A stretch of 64,000 nt of DNA from Candidatus Latescibacterota bacterium (lineage in GTDB: Bacteria > Latescibacterota > UBA2968 > SICM01), in NCBI GenBank assembly GCA_965217865.1, contig CBDCJO010000002.1, forward strand, positions 2,368,001 through 2,432,000. The letters run 5' to 3'. The position numbers and the translations under genes were made by a program. The notes under the pieces are model-generated. The model was not told where the DNA came from, did no database searches, and worked only from the letters and a program-made list of their open reading frames with translations. This document shows positions 21,040 through 31,909 of the stretch, one piece after another; the stretch's first letter is position 1, and every line of letters starts with the position of its first letter.

Positions 21040-21795
21040 TCAAAAATACTGGTAGGCACCCCAACCCCCGTCCACGCAGAGTGTCTCCCCTACCACGAAG
21101 GACGCCTCATCGCTTGCGAGGTATATAACGGCTTCGGCAATCTCCTCCACCGTTCCCAACCGCCGCATGGGCGTGCGTTTCTTGTACGCTCCCAGCGAAG
21201 CAGTTCCTTCATCAAGCCCCTTCCGCACCAGATCGGTCATAACCACGCCGGGGGCGATCCCCACGACCCTAACTCCCCTCCCTGCCCATTCAATCCCCAG
21301 GGCTTGCGTGAGCATGATCAGACCGGCCTTGGCCGTGCTGTATGCGACTCTGCCCTCAATGGCATGAAACCCATTGACGATGACCCCATGTTCCTGCGCC
21401 AGCATTTGCACTCCAGCGGCTTGCGAGCAATAGAACGCCCCGGAAAGCATAACGGCGATGCTTTGATCCCATGCCTCCACAGTAAGAGTTTCGGAGCTGC
21501 CTTTGTGTGCAACCCCTGCGTTATTGACCCACACGTCGATCTGCCCGCGATCCTTCGCCAGCTTCTTCACCAGGGCCTTGCTCTGTCGGGAATCACGTAC
21601 GTCCAGCGGTTCAAAAGAGACCGACAGATCGTCCCGTCTTAGGGATTCTGCCGACGATCGTCCCAGTTCGATGTTTATCTCCGCGATCACTGCGTGTGCC
21701 CCTGCAGCGGCAAACCCCCTGACCATATCAAGCCCAAGTCCCCTCCCCGAACCGGTGACGACCACCGTCTTGCCCTCGAAGTCCATCTTACTCAT
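21040..21795 (-). CDS. SDR oxidoreductase with a short in-frame deletion near the catalytic Ser
   Basis: [17 protein letters not shown]; GVIVN joined directly to GFH. Confidence 0.85.
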   Translation of the reverse strand: MSKMDFEGKTVVVTGSGRGLGLDMVRGFAAAGAHAVIAEINIELGRSSAESLRRDDLSVSFEPLDVRDSRQSKALVKKLAKDRGQIDVWVNNAGVAHKGSSETLTVEAWDQSIAVMLSGAFYCSQAAGVQMLAQEHGVIVNGFHAIEGRVAYSTAKAGLIMLTQALGIEWAGRGVRVVGIAPGVVMTDLVRKGLDEGTASLGAYKKRTPMRRLGTVEEIAEAVIYLASDEASFVVGETLCVDGGWGAYQYF

Positions 21796-22588
21796 TCACC
21801 CTATCCTCGGGGAAGCCCACGGCATTCAGGTTGCCCCATGGCACCCAACCGCCATCCACCCGGAGGTTTTCACCCGTCACATAGCTGGACCGTTCCGAAG
21901 CAAGGAACAGCACCGCGTCCGCGATTTCCTGTACCTCGGCGATCCTTCCGATAGGTGTCCGCTTCGAATACATCTCAAGATTGGCCTGGCCTTGGCCGAT
22001 GGCCACTTCAACCATCTCCGTGCGCGTCACGCCTGGGGATACAGAATTGACCCGAATGTTGTACTGGGCCCATTCCGTGGCCAGTACCTGGGTCAGGGCG
22101 ATCACGCCCGCCTTGGCGGCGTTGTATGCCGAGCGCATCGGCCATCCCCCCATCCCGCCGATCGAAGCGATATTGACGATGGTTCCCCGGCGTTGGGGGA
22201 TCATCGCCCCCCGGGCGACCGCCTGGGTCATCAGGAAGGCGCCATTGAGCATTACATCGATCTGGGTGCGCCAATCCTCCTCGGGCATATCTTCAGACTT
22301 GTGAAGGATGAAGAGCCCCGCGTTGTTCACGAGTATATCGATGCGTCCGTAATCGACCATAACCTTTTCGATGAGGTCTCTGCACGAGCTGGATTGGGTC
22401 ACATCCAGGAAAAGAGCCTCCGCGTCCCAACCTCTAGCCTTGAGTTTCTCGGCCGCATCCCGGCCGCGCGCTTCGACTATCTCTCCGATAATCACCCGCG
22501 CACCCTGTCGGCCAAAGGTATCTGCGATGCCAAAGCCGATGCCGCGACCCGCGCCAGTGACGATAGCGACCCGATCATTGAGAAGCAT
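21788..22588 (-). CDS. SDR oxidoreductase
   Basis: [21 protein letters not shown]; likely start [10 protein letters not shown]. Confidence 0.9.
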   Translation of the reverse strand: MLLNDRVAIVTGAGRGIGFGIADTFGRQGARVIIGEIVEARGRDAAEKLKARGWDAEALFLDVTQSSSCRDLIEKVMVDYGRIDILVNNAGLFILHKSEDMPEEDWRTQIDVMLNGAFLMTQAVARGAMIPQRRGTIVNIASIGGMGGWPMRSAYNAAKAGVIALTQVLATEWAQYNIRVNSVSPGVTRTEMVEVAIGQGQANLEMYSKRTPIGRIAEVQEIADAVLFLASERSSYVTGENLRVDGGWVPWGNLNAVGFPEDRVNE

Positions 22589-22707
22589 AAAAAAAGATTC
22601 TACCGGGAAAATTTCCTGAGGATGGACTTGTGGTATGGCAGCGGTGGAAATATTGGAAAAGGACGGGATTTGGAACACACCGTGTTTGGGTGGTCAGCGT
22701 AGGAGGA

Positions 22708-23328
22708 TCAACCATTCCCTGCCAGGATCGGATGGATCGGGTGATCCCAGGGTTTGCCCACCTCCATCTCATCCTTCGCCCCTGCGGCGTCTTTCCCACC
22801 GAGAAAGATCGTATAATCCGGGATGTAGATGATCGCGAGTGCCCGCCGGAATCGATCCGATCGGTTGGGTGTGTGCAGGCATCCGTTGTTCAGGTCCACG
22901 TCATCCAAAGCGATCCATGCCGACAATGATCCAACCGGGTCCATCGGCCAGTAGGGGGCGTCCTGGTGCCAGTTCGTCTCCAGGCTCGTCTCCCCCGGAG
23001 GCTTGATCAGGGCGTGATCGTGATAGAGCCTAACGTGCCTGGCCCCGGAAAGCCGCCGGGCGGATTCGGCCAATCCGGGATGGAAGGTATAGGCCTTCAC
23101 CGCGGGATAGTCTGTCCAGAGGTTGACCAGCTGGTTGAACACACGGTTGTAGTCCTCGGACATCTGACCCTTCCCGCCCAGGATCCGCTCACGGTTATGT
23201 TCCACCGAATGGTCAAGCGCATCCCGGAGGTGGCCAACCTCGTCCCTCGAGAAGAAATCCTTGAACTGAACGTAACCGTTCTCTTTGTAGAACCGTCTAT
23301 GTTCTTCAGTAACCGGACATCTGCCCAT
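22708..23328 (-). CDS. Phytanoyl-CoA dioxygenase (PhyH) family, internally deleted
   Basis: WHQDAPYWP, SAWIALDD..NGCL joined directly to HTPNRSDRFRRA. Confidence 0.75.
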   Translation of the reverse strand: MGRCPVTEEHRRFYKENGYVQFKDFFSRDEVGHLRDALDHSVEHNRERILGGKGQMSEDYNRVFNQLVNLWTDYPAVKAYTFHPGLAESARRLSGARHVRLYHDHALIKPPGETSLETNWHQDAPYWPMDPVGSLSAWIALDDVDLNNGCLHTPNRSDRFRRALAIIYIPDYTIFLGGKDAAGAKDEMEVGKPWDHPIHPILAGNG

Positions 23329-23344
23329 CTAAGACCAATTCATC

Positions 23345-23422
23345 GAACATTGAATATCGGAAAATTGAATATTTGAACAACTCAGGACTATCTTTGTTCT
23401 TCAATATTTAATCTCCAATTTC
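23345..23422. repeat. Inverted pair of 7-bp repeat tracts
   Basis: ATTGAAT/TTTGAAC units followed by TTCAATA/TCCAATT units. Confidence 0.55.
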
Positions 23423-23434
23423 CTCTGACCCCTG

Positions 23435-24229
23435 CTACTGCTTAGACAGGATTTCCCGCATCCCTCCCCCATTCTCCTTGAACCATTCGAAGAGAATCTT
23501 TACGTCGGAGCCGATGCAGAAGTGCCGGACCCCCATATCGGTATAATACTTTGCCTGTTCAGGGTGGTTGATTTCAGCGCGGGGCGCAACCCCCAGCTTC
23601 AGGGACGTCTCAATCACGTAACGTTCCGCCTCTTTCACTTTGGCATGCTTGGTCTGCCCCGGTATCCCAAGGCTCATCGCATAGTCACTGGGACCGAACT
23701 GAACCATATCCAGTCCTTTCACGGAGAGGATCGCCTCCAGGTTCTCCACCGCCGCGGACTTCTCGATCATGATCGCCACCACAGCGTCTTCCAATGCCTG
23801 CACAAAAGCCTCCGAACCCCCCTCCAGCACGATGCCCACGTCACGCCGCCCCCCCGCTCCGTGCATCCCCCCGGTCTGAGGGGTCTCCGCGCGGACTGAA
23901 CGCACGCACTCCTGAACGTCCTCAACCGTGCGGGAATCTGCAAAAAGGAGATTCTGGATCCCCGAGCCGATCGCCCTAACCGCCAGATAGGTGCGGGGCT
24001 GCTGTTCGATCTTCATCATCGCCGACATGTGATCGAACAGCTCCACCGCCCGCCCCAGATTTTCCAGAGCGTACAGGTCATAAGGGGCATATTCGGCAAC
24101 AAACTCCACATAGTCGAACGCGCCGGAGTGCCCCACCAGCTCTACGATGGACGGCCAGGAAGTTAAAAGGTGGGTCCCCAGGCTTGGATCACCCGCCTTC
24201 AGGCATTCACGAAGTCGGTTTTTTCGCAT
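23435..24229 (-). CDS. HpcH/HpaI aldolase family protein
   Basis: IMIEKSAAVENLEAILSVKGLDMVQFGPSDYAMSLG. Confidence 0.9.
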   Translation of the reverse strand: MRKNRLRECLKAGDPSLGTHLLTSWPSIVELVGHSGAFDYVEFVAEYAPYDLYALENLGRAVELFDHMSAMMKIEQQPRTYLAVRAIGSGIQNLLFADSRTVEDVQECVRSVRAETPQTGGMHGAGGRRDVGIVLEGGSEAFVQALEDAVVAIMIEKSAAVENLEAILSVKGLDMVQFGPSDYAMSLGIPGQTKHAKVKEAERYVIETSLKLGVAPRAEINHPEQAKYYTDMGVRHFCIGSDVKILFEWFKENGGGMREILSKQ

Positions 24230-24369
24230 ATCGATATTCCCTCTTGATTAATCGGTATCAAGCAACTACGAACTTTCTTGTGGCCATATGGATCTCTTCG
24301 ATCTTCAATTTTCCCAGGACTCCGACCTCTGATCCATGACTTTTGCCTTTTCCATTTTCCCAACCCTTC

Positions 24370-27042
24370 TCACGCCTTCTCATACCCCTTTGGCACGCCG
24401 AGGCTCTTTTCATAAAAGGTCTCTTCCACCGGAGGTGGAGGCTGAATCGCAGCCTTTAACCGCTGCTCAGCCTCGGTAAAGCTCCCCGGATCCCTGTCCA
24501 CTGCCCGCGCGGCCGCGGCCTTGAGTATGGATATGTAACCGTTCCGGATTCCCGAGAAGATGGAGGAATTTCGGAACTCGACAATGCTTAAGGCATGCTC
24601 GCGATAGTCTATGACCGCCTTCAGACACATCGCCGCGTAGATCGGGTCTCCCGTCAGTTCGTACGCCAGGGCGCAGGCCGTGGTCACGTGGCTTCCGCTA
24701 CCCCGGGTGATGACGTGATCCGCCTCGGCGATGATCGTCTCCCTCAGCAACCTGTTGTTGAAGTGGCGAAGGCCCTCGTAATACAGCGGATAAACGATGC
24801 CGGCGTGGGAAAGGGGGGTCTCAGCAGGTTCGATAACGGCTTCATCCCCCCGGTCTCCCCGCGTAAAGACACTGTGTGGAAAAATTCCCACCTCCTCTTG
24901 GGTTCTCAAGAGCCAGTTGAGGCTCCTCCGTGCAAGGTCGCCGTATTTCGGCTTCCACGTCGCGGCATAGGCCTCCATCAGGCAGTTCAGCGGACCGGTG
25001 AACTCCCGGTTCCCCCGCCCGTTCCTGCAGGTGATGATTCCCGCAGGCTCTTGCGTGTTCACCGCCCAGTCCGCCATCTCCAACGCTATTTCATACATCC
25101 TTCGGTTGCCCGTGAAATAGTAGTGCAGAAAGATCGATGTGTTCAGGGTGTGCGAAGGGCTGTAACCGCCCGTCCACTGGTGGGCGTTGTGATAGTGCAT
25201 CAGGCCCGCGGCATCCTTCGCCGGGTTCGCGTGACACGTACCCACATCCCCCATTGCCTGGCTGTGGCCGCTCGCGGCAAGGAAAAAGTCCCGCCTTCCG
25301 GTCCGCATAAATTGGGTCCAGATCCCCCAGCACGGGTCATCCGCCTCGTTGTTGTAAGGACCCACGTGCCGAAGCCCCTTCACAGGGTCCGTCTCATAGT
25401 GAAGTTCGTAGGCCAGCCCTGATCCGGCCGTATGAGAGCAGCACATGTTGCCGAAACGCCAGAATCCCCACTGCCGTCCAAGGTGCATCGGTTCGATGGC
25501 GATCTTCTCGACAATCCCGTCCATAAGGCGGTCGATCTCCTCGAACCGGGTATCCGGGCCGCCGGAAAGGTCCCTTGCCGCCCGCGTGGAACACATATAC
25601 GCCGGGTCCGGTGGCGCGATAACGGGCTCCTGAACGCATATCCCGAGCGACTCCGCCTCCTCATCCCCGATCGGGTCTATGGAAAATCGAAGGAGTAATT
25701 CGTGCGTCTTGGCCGCGCCCGTACCGTCGTTCGTGCCCGTGTCGTTGTGAGACGCCGTGCGGTCCGGTGCATACTTGTCCACCATCTCTTCCACCCACCG
25801 CACGTCCTCAATCGTCGAGACCGCAAAGCTCTTCAAGTTGAGTGGCGCAGTGGGACGTGCATCGATCAGCGCCTTGACGGTCGCCTCGTCGCGAGACTCG
25901 GCCCGGGCCGCCGGTTCGCCGAACTGACCGCTGAAGTAGACGGGGCGCTCTTTCCACGGCGTATGAAAAATCATCGGCTCCCCATACTCCCCTGGCCACA
26001 GCTGAACGTCGAGACCTTCTTTCGTCAGGCGATACCCCTTTGGATACTGCTGCCAGAAATCTCGCACCGAAACGAAGACGGACGCATCGCTCCCGGAAAG
26101 CGTTACCCAGCCCCGGGTCTTCTCTCCGGACCCGAAAGGCTCGTCGTCACGCGTCACCCGATACGACTCATCCGAATCTTGAAGGAAATTGGCCTCCTCC
26201 CAGCGAGATGCCCAGTGCGCCTGATCCTCACCCCCAAAGCTCATCCGAAGATTGGTCCCGAGATCCAGAGGAAACCGCATCCCGACCTCCGAAAATTCCA
26301 GGAGATTCGGGTCCTGATCGAACACAAAGGTTTGGAACATCCGGAGGTCGGTCTTGCCCGCGTAAAGATGAAAACGAAGCGTATAAGGGCAAATGCGCAC
26401 TCCCCCTCCGGAGGCGTGATACCCTTTCACACACACGCATACACGCAACGGACCCTCGTCCTCAACCGTTACCCGGGGAGCCGGTCCCGCGGTGAACGAA
26501 TCGTAGATCTCGCCCTCCGTTGTCACCATATAGAGAAACGGGCCCGGTTTTCCTCTGAACACATCGTGCCAATCGTCCCCATTCTTCAGCCAGCACCCGG
26601 ACAGGAAATTCCTTGCGCGCTGAAACGAGGCCACCGGAGGCTGTCCATCGGACGAAGGAAGGCGGAAATCCAATCGCATCAAACCTGTGTCAACACGAAG
26701 CCGACCTTCTTCCCGACTCACCGAAACCCCTTGCTTGGGACGCATCGCCCTTACACCCGAACCGTACTCCAGGAAGAACGTCTCGGTCGAGTCCGTCCCC
26801 AGGTCCGCCTGAAAGTCCGCCAGCAGCCACTTAACATACCTCAGGTCCTTTTTCCAGGTGCCCAGGCAGGATGCCTGAACGGGCAGCCTCTTACCGGAGC
26901 TGTCAACCACACGAACTTTCGCCCCCCTCCTCAGTTCCCTGTCGGCAAAAGGCACCCCCTGGGTGATCGGCCACGCCTTCCTTTCCGGTCCACCCGTATT
27001 CTCAACCGTGAGCGGTATGCGCTTGATCCCTTTCGACGTCAT
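24370..27042 (-). CDS. PcRGLX/YetA-like protein, close paralog of 6395-9067
   Basis: Collinear with 6395-9067 (both 890 aa); shared GNMCCSH, GPYNNEADDPCWG, HYHNAHQW. Confidence 0.7.
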   Translation of the reverse strand: MTSKGIKRIPLTVENTGGPERKAWPITQGVPFADRELRRGAKVRVVDSSGKRLPVQASCLGTWKKDLRYVKWLLADFQADLGTDSTETFFLEYGSGVRAMRPKQGVSVSREEGRLRVDTGLMRLDFRLPSSDGQPPVASFQRARNFLSGCWLKNGDDWHDVFRGKPGPFLYMVTTEGEIYDSFTAGPAPRVTVEDEGPLRVCVCVKGYHASGGGVRICPYTLRFHLYAGKTDLRMFQTFVFDQDPNLLEFSEVGMRFPLDLGTNLRMSFGGEDQAHWASRWEEANFLQDSDESYRVTRDDEPFGSGEKTRGWVTLSGSDASVFVSVRDFWQQYPKGYRLTKEGLDVQLWPGEYGEPMIFHTPWKERPVYFSGQFGEPAARAESRDEATVKALIDARPTAPLNLKSFAVSTIEDVRWVEEMVDKYAPDRTASHNDTGTNDGTGAAKTHELLLRFSIDPIGDEEAESLGICVQEPVIAPPDPAYMCSTRAARDLSGGPDTRFEEIDRLMDGIVEKIAIEPMHLGRQWGFWRFGNMCCSHTAGSGLAYELHYETDPVKGLRHVGPYNNEADDPCWGIWTQFMRTGRRDFFLAASGHSQAMGDVGTCHANPAKDAAGLMHYHNAHQWTGGYSPSHTLNTSIFLHYYFTGNRRMYEIALEMADWAVNTQEPAGIITCRNGRGNREFTGPLNCLMEAYAATWKPKYGDLARRSLNWLLRTQEEVGIFPHSVFTRGDRGDEAVIEPAETPLSHAGIVYPLYYEGLRHFNNRLLRETIIAEADHVITRGSGSHVTTACALAYELTGDPIYAAMCLKAVIDYREHALSIVEFRNSSIFSGIRNGYISILKAAAARAVDRDPGSFTEAEQRLKAAIQPPPPVEETFYEKSLGVPKGYEKA

Positions 27043-27169
27043 CTGTATCTCCGAATTCGTAGTTCTTCTTTTGGAAATCGCTTTGTGATTTCATATAAAT
27101 CAATCGCAATTTCCTTTCTCAATTTCTTGGCTCCACTTTTCTCCCCAACCCATTTTTACGAGATGCGAT

Positions 27170-28111
27170 TCACGAGATGCCAGATCCGGAATTCCTGAAC
27201 CACTCAATCGTGGTCTTCAGCCCATGGTCCGGGCTCACCTTGGGTTCCCAGCCGAGAAGTTTTCGGGCTTTTGTGATATCAGGCTTTCGTTCTTTCGGAT
27301 CGTCCTCCATCGGAGCGCCGTACACGATCTTGCTTTTACTCTCGGCCAGGCCGATGATCTTTTCAGCCATATTCTGGACAGTCATTTCGGTCGTGTTACC
27401 GATGTTGACGGGGGTATGGACGTCGTTTTGCATGAGGCGACATATCCCCTCAACCATATCCGAGATATAACATACGCTCCGGGTATAGCTTCCATCACCG
27501 TAGATGACCACATCCTCGTCCTTAAGCGCCCAGTTGATGAAGTTCGGAATCATCCGTCCATCGTCCTTCCGCATCCTCGGGCCATAGGTGTTGAAGATCC
27601 TGACGATCCTCGTATCGACCCCGGATTCCCGATGGTAGGCCATCGTCATCGCCTCTGCGAACCGCTTGGCCTCATCGTAGACACCCCTCACCCCGACCGG
27701 ATTGACGTTGCCCCAGTAATCCTCTGTTTGCGGGTGGACTTGAGGGTCGCCATAAGTTTCCGAAGTAGACGCAAGAAGGAATTTAGCATTTTTCTCACGG
27801 GCAAGTCCGAGGGCTTTGTGGGTCCCGTAGGATCCTACCTTCATCGTTCTGATCGGGAACTTGAGATAGTCCTTTGGACTGGCAGGGCTGGCAAAGTGGA
27901 GAATATAGTCCAGAGGGCCCTTGACGTGAATGAAGTTGGTCACATTATACAGTAAAAAAGTAAATCCCTCTCGGCCGATAAGATGGGACACATTGTCGGC
28001 CCTTCCCGTCAAAAGATTGTCCATGCAGAGCACTTCATTGCCGCGATCCAACAAAGACTCGCAGAGATTGGAACCGATGAACCCGGCCCCCCCGGTGATA
28101 AGAATTCGCAC
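27170..28111 (-). CDS. UDP-glucuronic acid decarboxylase family (extended SDR)
   Basis: [41 protein letters not shown]; GTG start with GGAG RBS. Confidence 0.9.
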   Translation of the reverse strand: MRILITGGAGFIGSNLCESLLDRGNEVLCMDNLLTGRADNVSHLIGREGFTFLLYNVTNFIHVKGPLDYILHFASPASPKDYLKFPIRTMKVGSYGTHKALGLAREKNAKFLLASTSETYGDPQVHPQTEDYWGNVNPVGVRGVYDEAKRFAEAMTMAYHRESGVDTRIVRIFNTYGPRMRKDDGRMIPNFINWALKDEDVVIYGDGSYTRSVCYISDMVEGICRLMQNDVHTPVNIGNTTEMTVQNMAEKIIGLAESKSKIVYGAPMEDDPKERKPDITKARKLLGWEPKVSPDHGLKTTIEWFRNSGSGIS

Positions 28112-28360
28112 GACGACTCCGTGATTTGGATATCGTAAGACGAAAAAATTGAACCTGCAACCCTGATGCGTGAGACGTGGAATTGCGCAACTTATGCAGA
28201 TGGATTCCATTTGTCAATACGAAAAGGGAATGAATTCGAAGGTTTGATCTAAAGATTTGAGGATATTGGAGATCTGTTCAATTCGTTCTGTTCTTGTCAT
28301 TGAAAATGGTCTTTGGAAAAAAGATAAATGAGGGTTCGTTTCACATCCTCAATTCCACAA

Positions 28361-28389
28361 TTGACTTGCAACGAATGGGGGCGTATATT
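28361..28389 (+). promoter_or_regulatory. Sigma70-type promoter
   Basis: TTGACT-17 nt-TATATT. Confidence 0.65.
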
Positions 28390-28401
28390 GACGAGGAGAT
28401 C

Positions 28402-28491
28402 GAGGTCAGGTTTCGGGGCCTGGAAGCCCCTTGAGCGTGGTGATAGGGCATTCAGACCTGCTCTTGGGGGCAACGTCCCCTGACCAACCTC
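28402..28491 (+). ncRNA. Candidate structured RNA or 5' leader (multi-stem junction)
   Basis: GGTCAGG/CCTGACC closing stem enclosing GGGGC/GCCCC, GAGC/GCTC and GGGG/CCCC hairpins, just downstream of the promoter; no family recognised. Confidence 0.35.
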
Positions 28492-28658
28492 AACATACCC
28501 CGATCAAAAAAATTCGGGGGGGCTACCTAATGGCGGACTGCGGATTTTCATGGATTCTAACGCGATCCGCATTTCCGCAATTGACATTCCCAAGGGTGAA
28601 AAAATTGAAATTCGGGTGATTTGCTTAAAATCGAAACCCGAAGCATAGGAGGGGGAAA

Positions 28659-30038
28659 TTGGTAAACGAAAAGGACATCTTGAAAATCGTGGAGACGGCG
28701 GAGGATTTTCCGACCCCCTCCACAGCGGCCACGCAGGTTGCTCAGATGACGACCGATCTCCAGGTTCCGGTTTCCGAAGTCGCGAAACTGATCATGATGG
28801 ATGTGGGTTTATCCACAAAGCTATTGAAAGTGGTAAACTCATCTTTTTACGGCTTGTCGGAACCCATATCGGAGGTCGTTCAGGCTATCAACATCCTCGG
28901 ATACAAGAAGGTCGGCAGTCTGGCCCTCGGCCTTTCTGTGATGGAGACCTTCTCCGGGCCGCTGGCGAGTGGTTTCGACCTGAATCTATTCTGGGAGAAA
29001 TCGGTCTGTAATGCTGTTTCCGCTGGAATAATCGCCGAACGGTTGCGCCGCGACATCCCGGGCGAGGTCTTTACCGCAGGGCTGTTGCAGGACATCGGAT
29101 CTCTCTTCCTGGCCCAGTATTACCCGTTCGAATACGGCGGGGCCATTGCAACATCGAAAACGAGCGGTACGCACCTCGCGAAAGTAGAACGCGATAGTAT
29201 CGGAATCGATCACGCAGCCGTGGGGGCGATCCTGTCCAAGCACTGGAACCTCTCCCCCATCTTCGAGGAGACGATTCGGGAGCAACATTTCGTCGAGTTC
29301 GAAAAGGACATATCCGCTTCCCCTGTCGCAGATCTGATCCGGGTGATCCACCTGTCGAGTCTTGTCACCGATGTCTTCTACGAGGAGGACAAGGAAGAAC
29401 GCACCGCCTTGTTGGTCGAGCGTACGAAAGACCTGTTCGGGCTGGGTGAGAAACACGTGACTGAGATCCTGGAAAAAATTCCGGACGAAATGCAGGAAGC
29501 CGGATCAACATTCGAGCTGGAAATTCGCTTGAAGCCCCCTCTCAAGGAGGGAGGTGCTCCGGGGGAGGTTCTGACCGAGTGTCCCCGCTGTGGGGCGAAG
29601 GCTCTTGGGAAATTCTGCGTCGAATGTGGGGAAAGTCTCATCAAACGGGCCTTCGATCCATCCAACAAACGGATTCTGATCGCGGAGGACTCGGTTGCCA
29701 CCAGGCGTGCCCTCGCTTTTGTGATCAAAAAGATGGGTTATGAGGTCCTGGAAGCCGTCAACGGTCAGGAAGCCCTCGATTTGGCGAGGGAACACAAGCC
29801 CGGTATGATCATGCTCGATATCATGATGCCGATGCTCAGAGGCGATGAAGTCCTCAAAATCCTCCGAAAGGAGCCCGATACCGCCGATGTCCCGATCATC
29901 ATGCTGACATCTCTCACCGATGGCAACACGGTCCGTGGGGTAATCGAGGCGGGAGCCAATGACTATGTCGTAAAGCCATACGCCGCGGATACGATCGTCA
30001 ATCGGGTGAAGAAATATATGGGAGAGCTCAAGGATTAA
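28659..30038 (+). CDS. HDOD domain - zinc ribbon - response regulator receiver protein
   Basis: LLKVVNSSFYG, AGLLQDIG, DHAAVG; CPRC...FCVECG; ILIAEDS...LDIMMP...YVVKP. Confidence 0.88.
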   Translation: MVNEKDILKIVETAEDFPTPSTAATQVAQMTTDLQVPVSEVAKLIMMDVGLSTKLLKVVNSSFYGLSEPISEVVQAINILGYKKVGSLALGLSVMETFSGPLASGFDLNLFWEKSVCNAVSAGIIAERLRRDIPGEVFTAGLLQDIGSLFLAQYYPFEYGGAIATSKTSGTHLAKVERDSIGIDHAAVGAILSKHWNLSPIFEETIREQHFVEFEKDISASPVADLIRVIHLSSLVTDVFYEEDKEERTALLVERTKDLFGLGEKHVTEILEKIPDEMQEAGSTFELEIRLKPPLKEGGAPGEVLTECPRCGAKALGKFCVECGESLIKRAFDPSNKRILIAEDSVATRRALAFVIKKMGYEVLEAVNGQEALDLAREHKPGMIMLDIMMPMLRGDEVLKILRKEPDTADVPIIMLTSLTDGNTVRGVIEAGANDYVVKPYAADTIVNRVKKYMGELKD

Positions 30039-30091
30039 CTGGGGAACTCAGGTTGGGGATTGCTTAAAGACTGGAAAAAAGGAAAGTCCTG

Positions 30092-30430
30092 ATGACTCAG
30101 AATCCACAAACCGAAATCAAAAATCCGAAGTCGGCAGATCCCAAATTGAAGATCCTCTTAGTCGAAGACAACCGCGACTTTGTCTGCCTTCTTCGGGAGG
30201 AATTGGCCGAGGCCGGGGGGGCGGTTTTGAATTGGAACACGCCGGACGGCTCGCGGAAGCACGCGATCGTCTCGAGGGAGAAGACTTCCAGGTGATCATT
30301 TTGGACCTCTCCCTTCCGGACAGCAACGGGATGGAGACCTTCATCAAAATTCACGATCAATCGCCCGAAGTCCCCATCGTGGTGTTAAGCGGGTGGGACG
30401 ACGAAATGCTGGCTGTTCAAGCCGTAAGAA
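30092..30430 (+). pseudogene. Response regulator receiver, frameshifted and truncated
   Basis: ILLVEDN then a shift near 30220 into ILDLSLPDSNG..PIVVLSG; ends at QAVR without the rest of the domain. Confidence 0.65.
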
Positions 30431-31767
30431 CACGAAAAGGAACTGGAAGCCAGCGGAGAAGGCCTTCATATCCAGCGGGACGTCTATGCCAAGGAAGTGA
30501 GTAAGCTCACCCGGCAGTTCGAGGAGAAAGTCCGGGAGCTTTCGGTGGTCCGGTGGATCGGGGACTCGCTCAAATTCACCCGGGATATCCAAAAAGTCTT
30601 CGAAGTGATCATCGACACGATCCTTGCGGAGACCAGTGCCGAAGGATGTTCGATCATGCTGATCAATCGGGATTCCGGTGATATCGCAATAAGGGCTGCC
30701 AGATGCCAGACCGACGAGTCGGCCATCTACTTCGCACGCGATTCCGCATCACAACGCCGATTCAAATTGGGGAAGGCATCGCCGGATGGGTGGCCCAACA
30801 CGGAGAACCGGTTTTCATCACCGACACCTCAAAGGACAGCCGTTTTGTGGATTTGCCGGGATGTGCCACTCCGGAGGGATCCCTGCTCTGCACCCCTCTG
30901 GTGATCGACAACGAGCTCGTGGGCGTGATCAATCTCAGCCACCCTCGTGTGGATGCCATCAGCGCCGAGGACGATCGCCTGATGGCCATTGTTACCGGTC
31001 AAGTCGCCATCGCCCTCAACAATGTTCAAATCTTCGAAGACATGCAGCAGCTCAACCGGTTGTTGGAAGAAGAAGTGGGGAAAGCCACGGATAAATTGCG
31101 TCAGAGTGAAGAAAATCTCCGTGAGTTGTTTGACGACGCCCCGGTTGGTTATCTCGAGTTTGACACGGAGGGGCACATCGTTCAGATCAATCGTACCGCA
31201 CTGACCATGTTCGGTTACACCGAAGGCGAGATGCTCGGTCGACATCCATGGGACTTCATCGAGGAAAGCGATGTATCCCGAAAGGCCTTTACTGAAAAGA
31301 TGGCCGGTGCCGGACCGGGCCAGTCTTATGAGCGCACCTGGCGGAGGATGGACGGGACGATTCTTCCCGCCCTGATGGAGGATCGGATCCTGAGAAATGG
31401 GGGTAAGATCACCGGGCTGCGGTCGACCGTCCAGGATATCTCCGAACGAAAACGAGCTGAGGAAGCAATGAAAGAAGCGGATCAGTTGAGAGTCCTGGCA
31501 GAGACAGCGGGCGCGGCGGCACACGAGATCAATCAACCCCTTACCATTGCGGTAGGTCGGTCGGACATCCTGCTGATGAAAATGGGCCCGGACGATCCCA
31601 ACCGGGAAGAGATCGAGCACATCAGGCAGGCATCAAAGCAAATCAGTGAAATTATCCAGAAAATGGGAGCCGCAAAGCGCTATGTAACAACGCCTTATGC
31701 CATGGGTGCGAAGATTGTGGACTTCGACGCTGCATCCAAAAAAGAGGGCCATGAGGGCGAAAGTTGA
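30427..31767 (+). CDS. Coiled coil-GAF-PAS-HisKA protein without HATPase (frameshift near 30770)
   Basis: GEGIAGWVA, LFDDAPVG PAS, QDISERKRAE, AAHEINQPL; ends about 85 aa after the His. Confidence 0.75.
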
Positions 31768-31909
31768 TTTCTTCATCATTAACGGATATCCGAAAACCCC
31801 CACTTGAATCTTCAATCCTCGATCTTCAACATTCCCACCCGGCAGCACACCGCTTCGACTGAGACTTGGAACCTGGGCTGGTCTTCAATCTTCAATCCTT
31901 TTTTCCCAT

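Noticed and set aside
16626-27198. Long plus-strand ORFs (16626-17864, 18572-20110, 21503-22702, 25702-27198)
   Set aside because: Antisense shadows of well-supported genes in GC-rich DNA, with no recognisable motifs.
28402-28491. tRNA, SRP RNA or hammerhead ribozyme
   Set aside because: No TTCG T-loop or CCA end, no SRP helix-8 motif, and the minus strand has CTGAATG rather than the CUGANGA core.
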